A DNA stretch of 24,000 bases, from the NCBI RefSeq assembly GCF_048453025.1, contig NZ_CP156677.1, forward strand, positions 952,613 to 976,612, given 5' to 3'. Made by a program: the position numbers and the translations under genes. The notes beneath the pieces are model-generated. The model searched no databases and was not told where the DNA came from. It was given only the letters and a program-made list of their open reading frames with translations. This stretch comes from Phosphitispora sp. TUW77. Lineage in GTDB: Bacteria > Bacillota > Thermincolia > Thermincolales > UBA2595. Shown here one piece after another: positions 8,455 through 15,828 of the stretch (position 1 is the stretch's first letter; each line of letters starts with the position of its first letter).

Positions 8455-9210
8455 ATGCTAAAAGATACTGATAGTATATTGAAAGACAATAGTGTTATAT
8501 TGAAAGATAAGAGAGTGCTTGTTATTATTCCCGCATTTAATGAGGAACGAAACCTTCCCGGGATTATTGGCAGGGTTCGTGAATTTGCCGGGATAGATGT
8601 GATTGTGATTAATGACGGTTCCGAGGATGCTACCTCGGCAGTTGCCAGGGCCGCAGGGGCTAAAGTCATTGACCTTCCCTTTAATCTTGGTATAGGCGGG
8701 GCAGTCCAGACCGGCTATCTTTTTGCCCATAAAAATGATTATGATGTTGCTATACAGGTGGACGCCGACGGCCAGCACAACCCGGAAGACCTGCTCCGGA
8801 TTATTGGACCGGTAATCAGCGGTGAAGCCGATATGGTATTGGGTTCACGTTATGTTGCTAAGACCGGATACAAAACTCCTTTTGCCCGCAAAATTGGAAT
8901 GTTGGTTTTTTCTACCGTGGTTTCACTTATTAACAAACAACCTTTGAAAGATACTACCAGCGGCTACCGAGCAGTCAGTAAACGGGTTATCAGGTTTTTT
9001 GTCGACAACTACCCAACTGACTATCCTGAAGTGGAAGCCTTGGTCCTGCTGAAAAAGAGCGGTTTTTCAATTAAAGAGGTGCCTGTAACTATGGCACCCC
9101 GTGAATATGGCAAGTCCTCCATTACACCAATCAAATCGATATATTATATGATTAAAGTATTGCTGGCAATTTTCATGAACCTGCTTAGGGCACATAAAAA
9201 GGAGGCTTAA
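8455..9210 (+). CDS. Family 2 glycosyltransferase (polyprenyl-phosphate sugar transferase, DPM1/ArnC/GtrB-like)
   Basis: VIIPAFNEERNL...VIVINDGSEDAT...QVDADGQH (DxD-type motif), plus a C-terminal TM helix. The start is re-called to ATG 8455 (GGGGGA upstream; ATG 8443 is an alternative). The ORF-track start at 8371 would overlap the promoter. Confidence 0.9.
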   Translation: MLKDTDSILKDNSVILKDKRVLVIIPAFNEERNLPGIIGRVREFAGIDVIVINDGSEDATSAVARAAGAKVIDLPFNLGIGGAVQTGYLFAHKNDYDVAIQVDADGQHNPEDLLRIIGPVISGEADMVLGSRYVAKTGYKTPFARKIGMLVFSTVVSLINKQPLKDTTSGYRAVSKRVIRFFVDNYPTDYPEVEALVLLKKSGFSIKEVPVTMAPREYGKSSITPIKSIYYMIKVLLAIFMNLLRAHKKEA

Positions 9211-9215
9211 AATAA

Positions 9216-9608
9216 TTGATTAGCATATTCTTGTTTTCAGCTTTGTTCAGCTTGGGATTCCTTGTTATTGTTCTTGAGCTTGTTCGGAGCAAAAGGCTCA
9301 AGGAACAGTATTCCTTGTTGTGGTTGTTTGTCGGTGGGGTTATGTTGATACTGGCACTGTGGCGGGATTTGATTGAAAGGCTTGCCGAGTGGCTGGGCAT
9401 TTATTATGCGCCTTCACTGCTGTTTATTGTAGGGATTCTTTTTTCTTTTGCCCTGATACTCCATTACTCTGTAATTATTTCGAGGCTGCATAACCAGAAT
9501 GTCAGGCTGGCCCAGGAGGTTGGAGTGCTTAATAAGAAGGTTGAAGACCTTTATGAAACTGTCAACAGGGGGGAACAGATTGAGAACAATCGTGTTGATA
9601 ATTTTTAA
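9216..9608 (+). CDS. DUF2304-family small membrane protein
   Basis: 130 aa and 3-4 TM segments. The segment RSKRLKEQYSLLWL plus a C-terminal coiled tail are typical of the DUF2304 partner found after GT2 genes. TTG start 5 nt after the GT2 stop. Confidence 0.7.
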   Translation: MISIFLFSALFSLGFLVIVLELVRSKRLKEQYSLLWLFVGGVMLILALWRDLIERLAEWLGIYYAPSLLFIVGILFSFALILHYSVIISRLHNQNVRLAQEVGVLNKKVEDLYETVNRGEQIENNRVDNF

Positions 9609-10050
9609 TGTTGTTCTGCTGACCTCTGGGCAGATACTTTGGAAGATAGGATTGACCAGGGAAGGGGGACTTTCTCTGGACAATATGGTGCGGGTCGCCC
9701 TGTCTCCATTTATTCTTGGCGGGCTTGCTCTGTATGTGGTGGCAACAGTTATATGGTTTATGGTCCTTTCAAGGGCAGAGTTAAGTTATGCTTATCCCTT
9801 GCAGAGTATGGCTTATATTCTTGGAGTTATGGCTGGTTGGCTCTTGTTTCGTGAAACTGTGCCCATGATTCGCTGGATAGGAGTACTTGTCATAATTGCC
9901 GGGGTGATATTGGTTTCTTTTAGTACACCACAGGATAATATTAAGGTTAATGAAGGCGGAACGGATATTGATAAGGAACATACGGGTTGCGTTTCAGAGG
10001 CACCTGCAGATACCGGTTATTATATATATAAAAAAGGTGAGAACAGATGA
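9580..10050 (+). CDS. EamA/SMR-like small membrane transporter (ArnE/ArnF-like putative lipid-linked sugar flippase)
   Basis: 4 TM segments, with LLTSGQILWKIGL and a RAELSYAYPLQSMAYILGV pattern. I chose the TTG at 9580 (GGGGGGAA 4 nt upstream; GTG 9592 is an alternative). It overlaps the end of the DUF2304 gene, which suggests translational coupling. Confidence 0.65.
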   Translation: MRTIVLIIFNVVLLTSGQILWKIGLTREGGLSLDNMVRVALSPFILGGLALYVVATVIWFMVLSRAELSYAYPLQSMAYILGVMAGWLLFRETVPMIRWIGVLVIIAGVILVSFSTPQDNIKVNEGGTDIDKEHTGCVSEAPADTGYYIYKKGENR

Positions 10051-10409
10051 CGTTTGCGAAATCAGTAATACTCTTTATAATTCTGGTTATCACCTGGGTA
10101 TTAATAGTTTTTAATCGTAAATTAAAAAAACAGGTACAGGATAATGCACGGAGCTTTAATATGATGAGAAAATCCACCGGATGGGGAAACAAACCCTGCG
10201 AATGTGGCAATCCCAGGCTAAAATGGCACGTCCTATCCATGCTGCGCCCGGAAAATACTGTTTTGCTAAAATGTCCTGTGTGTGGCGGGCTTTGGGAGGA
10301 ACAGATGAGCGTATATGGAAACAAATGGCGTAAGATTGATTCTGATTATGCTAAAGATCAGTATAATTATACAAGCGAGACAGATTCTGGCAGGAACATG
10401 AAGATGTAA
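10047..10409 (+). CDS. Hypothetical single-pass membrane protein with a cytoplasmic zinc-ribbon (CxC...CxxC)
   Basis: N-terminal TM SVILFIILVITWVLIVF, then CECGNP...(27 aa)...CPVCGG. Its ATG overlaps the upstream stop (ATGA at 10047-10050). The SD is AAAGGTGAG. Confidence 0.6.
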   Translation: MTFAKSVILFIILVITWVLIVFNRKLKKQVQDNARSFNMMRKSTGWGNKPCECGNPRLKWHVLSMLRPENTVLLKCPVCGGLWEEQMSVYGNKWRKIDSDYAKDQYNYTSETDSGRNMKM

Positions 10410-10442
10410 CCGGGAAAAGGCGGTCGATGTATATTTTTCCGG
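10410..10442 (+). terminator. Stem-loop immediately after the operon's last stop (weak terminator candidate, no U-tract)
   Basis: 9-bp stem ccgggaaaa / tttttccgg (10410-10418 / 10434-10442, one G-U pair) with a 15-nt loop. No downstream T-run. Confidence 0.3.
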
Positions 10443-10490
10443 AATGTGGTATATCATAGTTAAAAACATATAAGGAGATGGTAGCAGTTT

Positions 10491-10667
10491 ATGAATAGTG
10501 ACATAGAGAATACACCGGTAATTGATGTGGCAAATGACGGGCCTACTTATAACGGGTCTTACTTTTATAAGCTTAATCAGGAATTAAGCGGGCAAGCGGA
10601 GATTGAACCATACCGGGTATATGATACAACGGAAAATCATAACCTGGAAAATGATACTCCAAATTAA
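10491..10667 (+). CDS. Small acidic hypothetical protein (58 aa), below the ORF-track cutoff
   Basis: The frame runs from ATG 10491 to TAA 10665-10667 (MNSDIENTPVIDVANDGPTYNGSYFYKLNQELSGQAEIEPYRVYDTTENHNLENDTPN). AAGGAGA lies 12 nt upstream, which is long spacing. A clean terminator follows directly. Confidence 0.35.
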   Translation: MNSDIENTPVIDVANDGPTYNGSYFYKLNQELSGQAEIEPYRVYDTTENHNLENDTPN

Positions 10668-10670
10668 ACT

Positions 10671-10702
10671 GGGTTTGCCAATGGCAAACCTTTTGTTTTT
10701 AT
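10671..10702 (+). terminator. Rho-independent terminator
   Basis: Stem ggtttgc / gcaaacc (10672-10678 / 10684-10690) with a short loop, followed by ttttgtttttatt. Confidence 0.75.
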
Positions 10703-10742
10703 TTGCCTAATTGCCGGATAATCTAAAAAAGGCGGTGAACTT

Positions 10743-11579
10743 ATGCCCTATAAAATAGCCCCCGATATTTATATTTATCAGAGTTCCATGTGGCAGACCA
10801 ACAGTGCTGTTATCATAAATGAAACAGCCAACCTGGTTATTGACCCCTGTTATTTCCCAACAGAAATCAGGATAATAGCAGATTTTGTTAGCAGGAAACG
10901 CAGTTTTAACGGGTACATAATTTTTACTCATTCTGATTTTGACCACGTAATAGGTCATCAGTATTTTAAGAATTTCAAGCTTGTAGCCCATGAACAATTT
11001 TTGTTATGTGATCGCAATTATCAAATAATCCAGTTAAATGATATTGACCAAACCTACTATGTACGGCGTACAATTCCCTTTATTTTTCCAGAGCCTGTGA
11101 TAACTTTTCAGGAGACGTACAAGATTCCCATAAAGGGTGATGAATTAATACTTGTTCATGCCCCCGGCCATACCGGGGACTGTATTTTCACCATCAGCCC
11201 GGAACGTGGCATAATGTTTGCCGGGGACTACCTGTCGAACCTGGAGTTTCCCTTTGTGAATTTTAGTCCGGCGGCGTACAGAAAAACGCTGAACCTAGCC
11301 GCAAAAATTATCACGGACTATAACATAACCTGTGTGGTACCGGGACATGGGGACATTGCTTATGGGAGAGAGGAAATTAATGACAGGATTCAAAGTGACC
11401 GGGATTATCTGACAGGTTTGACAGAAGGCACTCAGGACTTGTTGGCACGAGGTCTGCAGGCCGGGGAGATTATTGAAGCGCTTTCAGGCTTGAAATATAG
11501 AAACCGCCGTATTGAGGGGGTTATGCTTAAAATGCACATTGAAAATATTAAGATTCTTATTTCAGAGCTGCAAACCTGA
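10743..11579 (+). CDS. MBL-fold metallo-hydrolase (variant metal motif)
   Basis: THSDFDH (nt 10926-10946) sits at the HxHxDH position. HAPGHTGD and VVPGHG are downstream, in the usual order and spacing for a beta-lactamase fold. Confidence 0.8.
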   Translation: MPYKIAPDIYIYQSSMWQTNSAVIINETANLVIDPCYFPTEIRIIADFVSRKRSFNGYIIFTHSDFDHVIGHQYFKNFKLVAHEQFLLCDRNYQIIQLNDIDQTYYVRRTIPFIFPEPVITFQETYKIPIKGDELILVHAPGHTGDCIFTISPERGIMFAGDYLSNLEFPFVNFSPAAYRKTLNLAAKIITDYNITCVVPGHGDIAYGREEINDRIQSDRDYLTGLTEGTQDLLARGLQAGEIIEALSGLKYRNRRIEGVMLKMHIENIKILISELQT

Positions 11580-11631
11580 TTAAGATTCACCAATAATGCG
11601 GGATTTTTATATAATATTATGGGTGAATATA

Positions 11632-12606
11632 ATGACTGCATTAACAAGAAAAAAGCAAAAAGCCAATGCTGTTTTTGAGGGCGGAGGGATTAAAGGGATT
11701 GGAATCGCCGGGGCTCTGTCGGTTGCCAGTGAATATTACGACTGGATGTATACTGCAGGCACCTCTGCCGGGGCTATAGTGGCCTCACTGGTTGCTGCCG
11801 GGTATACTGCGGAGGAAATCAGGGATTTGATTTTCAGTATCGATTACCGCCGGTTTGAGGATAACGACATGATTTGCAAGCTGCCTATTTTTGGTCCTGC
11901 ATGGAACCTAAAGGTTAATCTGGGGCTTTACAAGGGTGACTATATTGAAAACTGGGTCAGGGAAGCCCTTAGGGCTAAAGGGGTAGAGCGTTTTGGCGAT
12001 CTTGTGGTTGTGAACAGGCCAGGTAATTTTCCGGGGCGGTACCGCCTCAGAGTTATTGCCTCTGACATAACAGCAGGTAAAATGCTGGTACTGCCCCAGG
12101 ATATTGCTCATTACGGTATAGATCCTGATAAACTTGAGATTGCTGCCGCTGTACGCATGAGCATCAGCATTCCTTTTTTCTTTGAGCCTGTCGTAGTGAC
12201 ACATAAAGGAGATGACGGCAAGGAGGTTGACAGTTACATTGTGGACGGAGGGTTATTAAGTAATTTTCCGGTTTGGCTTTTTGATTGGGATACTGGATTA
12301 AAGGATATGCCGACAATTGGTTTCAAGCTGATAGGGGCAAATGAAGAACGGCACAATGATATTAATGGTCCTATTTCAATGCTGAAAGCGCTTTTTGGCA
12401 CCATGCTGGAAGGACATGACAACAGATTTGTTGAGGAAAAAAATTTTCAGCGGACAATAGCTATTCCAACTTTTGGAATCAGAACCACTGATTTTGATAT
12501 TTCGGAAGAGTGCATCCGGTCACTGTATGATTCGGGTGCTGCAGCGGCTAGGGATTTCTTTAAAGACTGGAATTATCGTTCTTATTTACTAAAGTACAGT
12601 GACTGA
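11632..12606 (+). CDS. Patatin-like phospholipase
   Basis: Oxyanion motif FEGGGIKG, nucleophile elbow GTSAG (nt 11758-11772) and catalytic Asp in IVDGGLLSNFP. The start is re-called to ATG 11632 (GGGTGA 5 nt upstream) from the ORF-track 11596. Confidence 0.9.
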   Translation: MTALTRKKQKANAVFEGGGIKGIGIAGALSVASEYYDWMYTAGTSAGAIVASLVAAGYTAEEIRDLIFSIDYRRFEDNDMICKLPIFGPAWNLKVNLGLYKGDYIENWVREALRAKGVERFGDLVVVNRPGNFPGRYRLRVIASDITAGKMLVLPQDIAHYGIDPDKLEIAAAVRMSISIPFFFEPVVVTHKGDDGKEVDSYIVDGGLLSNFPVWLFDWDTGLKDMPTIGFKLIGANEERHNDINGPISMLKALFGTMLEGHDNRFVEEKNFQRTIAIPTFGIRTTDFDISEECIRSLYDSGAAAARDFFKDWNYRSYLLKYSD

Positions 12607-12616
12607 TCGTATTTAC

Positions 12617-12645
12617 TGGACGATACTGTTTGTTAAGCATATAAT
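12617..12645 (+). promoter_or_regulatory. Candidate sigma-A promoter for the thioesterase/Fe-S unit
   Basis: TGGACG (12617-12622), a 17-nt spacer, then TATAAT (12640-12645), about 45 nt upstream of the GTG start. Confidence 0.4.
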
Positions 12646-12687
12646 TGTATTGATAGCAGCAAAAACGGGAAAGGAGCAGCAATTTCA

Positions 12688-13134
12688 GTGGATAAAAAAC
12701 ATGAACCTCCTTTAGTTAAATATGAAATACAAATTCGGGTCAGGTATGAAGAAACCGATAAAATGGGTTTTGTTTATTATGGGAATTATTTTATTTGGTT
12801 TGAAGTAGGCCGGACCGAGCTGTTTAGGTCTTTGGGAATTCCCTATACAGTGTTTGAGGAGAGGGGTATAATGCTTCCGGTTACTGAGGCTGCGAGCAGG
12901 TATAGGTTTCCTGCGGGTTATGATGACCTGATAACTGTACAGACAACAGTAACGCGGCTGGCGCCAACCAGGATACATTTTGGATATCAATTGATTTCCG
13001 GTGAGGGCCGGGTCATTGCTGAGGGAGATACCGGACATGCTTTTGTGGACAGTGCGGGGAAGCCGGTAAACCTGACTAAAAAGGACCCCGAACTTTGGAC
13101 CAGAATTGCCGAAAAAGTGGTGGTGAATAGTTAA
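12688..13134 (+). CDS. YbgC/FadM-family acyl-CoA thioesterase (4HBT hotdog fold)
   Basis: RVRYEETDKMGFVYYGNYFIWFEVGRTELFRSLG is the classic 4HBT class I N-terminal motif with the catalytic Asp. GTG start with AAAGGAG upstream. Confidence 0.85.
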   Translation: MDKKHEPPLVKYEIQIRVRYEETDKMGFVYYGNYFIWFEVGRTELFRSLGIPYTVFEERGIMLPVTEAASRYRFPAGYDDLITVQTTVTRLAPTRIHFGYQLISGEGRVIAEGDTGHAFVDSAGKPVNLTKKDPELWTRIAEKVVVNS

Positions 13135-14144
13135 TGCAGTTACGCAGGCTGGGGAAAACAGGCCTACAGGTTTCTGTGATAGGTTTTGGAGGAATTCCCA
13201 TTCAAAGAGTTAGCTATAATCAGGCTGCAAAGGTAGTTGAAGCAGCAGTAGCAGGTGGAATTAATTTTATTGATACTGCCCGGGCATATACGGACAGTGA
13301 GTCTAAATTGGGGGATATTATCGGAGATTATAGAAATAAACTGATTATAGCGACCAAATCAATGGCCAGAAGTAAGCAGGATATGATACGGGATATTGAT
13401 ATAAGCCTTAAGGAGCTGAAAACTGACTTTATAGACTTATATCAGCTGCATAATGTTAAGGATGAAGGGAGCCTGGAAAAGGTATTGGCTCCGGGAGGCG
13501 CCCTGGAAGCTCTTCAGGATGCAAAGAATTGCGGGAAACTTCGTTTTATTGGGGTTACCGGTCACATACCGGATATTCTTGTGAAGGCTATCAGAACAGG
13601 GTGTTTTGATACCGTGCAGGTTCCATTTAACCCTGTGGAAACCGCCGCCCTTGACGAACTTTTGCCGCTGGCTTGTGAAATGAATATTGGGACAATTGCC
13701 ATGAAGCCTTTTGCCGGAGGGGCATTTAAAAATAAGGCTGCCTGTCTTAAATTCATTCTTAATAACGGACTGACAACAACCATTCCTGGAATGGATGAAG
13801 TATCCCAGGTTGCAGAAAATATCACTGCCGGGCAGGCCGATTTTATCTTATCGGGTGAAGAAAAAAATCTATTGGCTGAAGAAATGGAGCTCTTAGGCCG
13901 GAAGTTCTGCCGCAGGTGTGAGTATTGTCAGCCATGTCCCAGGGGAATAGATATCCCGACAATATTTCTGCTGGAAGCTTATTGGACCCGTTATGGATTA
14001 AAAAAATGGGCCGTGGAACGATATCAGCCTATGCCGGCTAAAATATCCGATTGTATTGACTGTGGAGAGTGTGAAGAAAAATGTCCTTACAGCCTGCCTA
14101 TTAGGGAAATGTTAAAGGAAGCCGGATTTCACCTGAAAAAATAG
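13134..14144 (+). CDS. Aldo/keto reductase with a C-terminal 4Fe-4S ferredoxin-type domain
   Basis: AKR N-terminus MQLRRLGKTGLQVSVIGFGG..IDTARAY..LYQLHN. The C-terminus has CRRCEYCQPCP and CIDCGECEEKCP. Its start overlaps the upstream stop (TAATG). Confidence 0.85.
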   Translation: MQLRRLGKTGLQVSVIGFGGIPIQRVSYNQAAKVVEAAVAGGINFIDTARAYTDSESKLGDIIGDYRNKLIIATKSMARSKQDMIRDIDISLKELKTDFIDLYQLHNVKDEGSLEKVLAPGGALEALQDAKNCGKLRFIGVTGHIPDILVKAIRTGCFDTVQVPFNPVETAALDELLPLACEMNIGTIAMKPFAGGAFKNKAACLKFILNNGLTTTIPGMDEVSQVAENITAGQADFILSGEEKNLLAEEMELLGRKFCRRCEYCQPCPRGIDIPTIFLLEAYWTRYGLKKWAVERYQPMPAKISDCIDCGECEEKCPYSLPIREMLKEAGFHLKK

Positions 14145-14163
14145 ATAGGAAGAGGGTAATGCA

Positions 14164-14925
14164 ATGTATAGACCGGTAAACAGGAAATCACCGGGAATAT
14201 CGACTCGTTTGGCCTTCTTGCTGTTTTTTACTCTATACTACTGGAGTATTCACTTTATTTCAGGGAAAAGCAATCTGCAATTGAGCCAGATTGTCTTTGA
14301 TATTTTCGCAGGCGTATTTACCGGGGCAGTTACACATGTGGCAATAGCTAAGTTTTTTGGTCCCCTTTTGTTCGGGCGCGGCTTTTGCGGCTGGGTATGC
14401 TGGAATGCTTCAGTTTTCGAGATGCTCCCCATTAGGAATGCAAGAAAAGGAATTGCGGAAAAACGTCTTATATATAAATATGTGGTACTTATAATTGCCC
14501 TGGTTATTCCTGGGTTCCTTATTGCGGCAGGTTATATTATCCGAAGTCCGAAAGCCCAGTTTGAGTGGCTGTTGATAGAAAATGCTTTGATATATCTTAT
14601 AGGAATAATCCTGGCATTAGTTTTGGGTGACCGCCGGGCATTTTGCAAGTACTTATGTCCTGCGGGGGCGTTAATGACCCTGACATCTCCAAGGAGTATC
14701 CTGAAAATAGAAAAAAATCACTTGACTTGCAGCAATTGCCGCAGGTGTGAAGAAGTTTGTCCCATGGATGTGCCTATATTGGACTATATAAAAGAAGGAC
14801 AGCGAGTCTCACATCCGGAATGTATTTTATGTACCGAGTGTGTTAATAGCTGCCCAAGAAATTGCCTGACAGTGGGAATAGGAAAAAAGTCGGATACTAC
14901 TCCGGAGTTTGGCAAGTCTTTTTAA
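14164..14925 (+). CDS. Membrane-bound 4Fe-4S polyferredoxin (NapH/MauN-like)
   Basis: Several TM helices carry CGWVCW and CKYLCPAGA motifs. The C-terminus has CSNCRRCEEVCP and CILCTECVNSCP. Confidence 0.8.
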   Translation: MYRPVNRKSPGISTRLAFLLFFTLYYWSIHFISGKSNLQLSQIVFDIFAGVFTGAVTHVAIAKFFGPLLFGRGFCGWVCWNASVFEMLPIRNARKGIAEKRLIYKYVVLIIALVIPGFLIAAGYIIRSPKAQFEWLLIENALIYLIGIILALVLGDRRAFCKYLCPAGALMTLTSPRSILKIEKNHLTCSNCRRCEEVCPMDVPILDYIKEGQRVSHPECILCTECVNSCPRNCLTVGIGKKSDTTPEFGKSF

Positions 14926-15004
14926 ATGAATCAACCATTTTTAGTATGGTTCAAAAATATTAGGGGAATAATAAATCATATTTTAAAAAGTGGTGAAAAG
15001 AGAT

Positions 15005-15583
15005 ATGCAAAATATTTTTAAAGAATTCATCAGGTTGAATCAGTCACTGGCACTTTTGCCCCTAAAGGCCGTGCGTAAGCTCCTGGATGACAAAAATACT
15101 TCCGGCAAACAGATGGTGGATGTGGCAGAAGAGTTTGTCAGTACCCCATTTGTAGCTGCTGATAAGCTTATTGGTAAAGGATGCCATTGCTGTTCTGTAC
15201 AAGAAGACCCTTCCGGACAGCAACGGTCTGTCCGGAAGGGACGGGGTCCCAGTGCAGCAAATATTTTTGTTGACCCTGAAGTTACGGTTTTATCAGATGC
15301 CGAAACAAATCCTGAAGAGAGGAAAGCAGTGCTGTCAGTTACCGGCTTATTATGCGGCGGATGAGTTAGGCGTGTCAGGCAGACTCTGGAAGAGTTTGAA
15401 GGAGTAACCAAAGTAGATTTTCAACCGGCACAGGAAGAATTTGTGGTTTTTTATACAGCAGATTTGCCGCGAGGAGAAGAGTTTGTTAAGGCAATTAATG
15501 AAGTAATAAAATTTCCTGCTGTACGCAGCTTTTTAGGTGCAGTGGGTGATAGCCTGCATAATTCCAACGACATAGGACCATAA
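15005..15583 (+). CDS. Candidate selenoprotein: HMA-like (heavy-metal-associated) domain protein with a C-G-G-U motif; in-frame UGA at 15362-15364 read as Sec
   Basis: The ORF track stops at TGA after ...AVLSVTGLLCGG. The same frame then stays open for 72 codons to TAA 15581-15583 (VRRVRQTLEEFEGVTKVDFQPAQEEFVVFYTADLPRGEEFVKAINEV...). This continues an HMA beta-alpha-beta-beta-alpha-beta pattern with the TGA at the second Cys of CxxC. A hairpin follows at 15380-15398. ATG 15005 is preferred over GTG 14990 because of the GGTGA SD. Confidence 0.6.
15380..15398 (+). promoter_or_regulatory. SECIS-like stem-loop downstream of the in-frame UGA
   Basis: CAGACUCU-GGA-AGAGUUUG forms 8 bp (one G-U pair) with a G-rich apical loop. 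The stem starts 18 nt after the U of UGA, and 23 nt separate the UGA from the loop. U15375-A15403 and C15376-G15402 could extend it below an internal loop. Confidence 0.45.
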
Positions 15584-15626
15584 TAAGACACGAATATTAT
15601 ATAACGTTATGAGGAAGCGAGGGATT

Positions 15627-15818
15627 ATGATGAAAGTTGAAGTCATTGATAATGACTGTGTTAGCTGTGGTCTTTGCATCAGTACTTGCCCTGATGTTTT
15701 TGAATGGGGTGATGATGATAAGGCTGTGGCTAAAATCCTCGATGTGCCGTCTGATTTGGAAGACCTGGCCCATGAGGCTGTAGAAGAATGCCCCACGGGC
15801 GCCATTAAAGAAGAATAA
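15627..15818 (+). CDS. Small single-cluster [4Fe-4S] ferredoxin
   Basis: MMKVEVIDNDCVSCGLCISTCP....ECPTGAI, with the CxxCxxC...CP pattern. GAGGAAGCGAGGG lies upstream of ATG 15627. The ORF-track start at 15609 lies within that SD. Confidence 0.85.
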   Translation: MMKVEVIDNDCVSCGLCISTCPDVFEWGDDDKAVAKILDVPSDLEDLAHEAVEECPTGAIKEE

Positions 15819-15828
15819 ATTGAAGGGG

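Noticed and set aside
8358-10736. Recurrent aaaaggcgg motif (8358, 10415, 10728) upstream of genes
   Set aside because: There are only three 9-nt copies, at differing distances and in differing roles (promoter spacer, hairpin loop, SD). This is compatible with chance.
11632-12606. Patatin phospholipase as a possible phage-defence (CBASS-like) effector
   Set aside because: No cyclase, sensor, NTPase or other defence partner is nearby. The neighbours are metabolic (MBL hydrolase, thioesterase, AKR), and the protein has no extra sensor domain.
15040-15411. 123-aa minus-strand ORF spanning the TGA site
   Set aside because: It is Ser/Thr/Pro-rich shadow-like sequence with no SD. The plus-strand frame has domain-like sequence on both sides of the TGA.
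15443-15583. Independent 46-aa ORF from GTG 15443 (AGGAAG upstream) as an alternative to UGA read-through
   Set aside because: It is not excluded, but it would begin in the middle of the predicted HMA fold. It also would not explain the open, domain-consistent frame between 15365 and 15442. I kept it as the stated refutation route.
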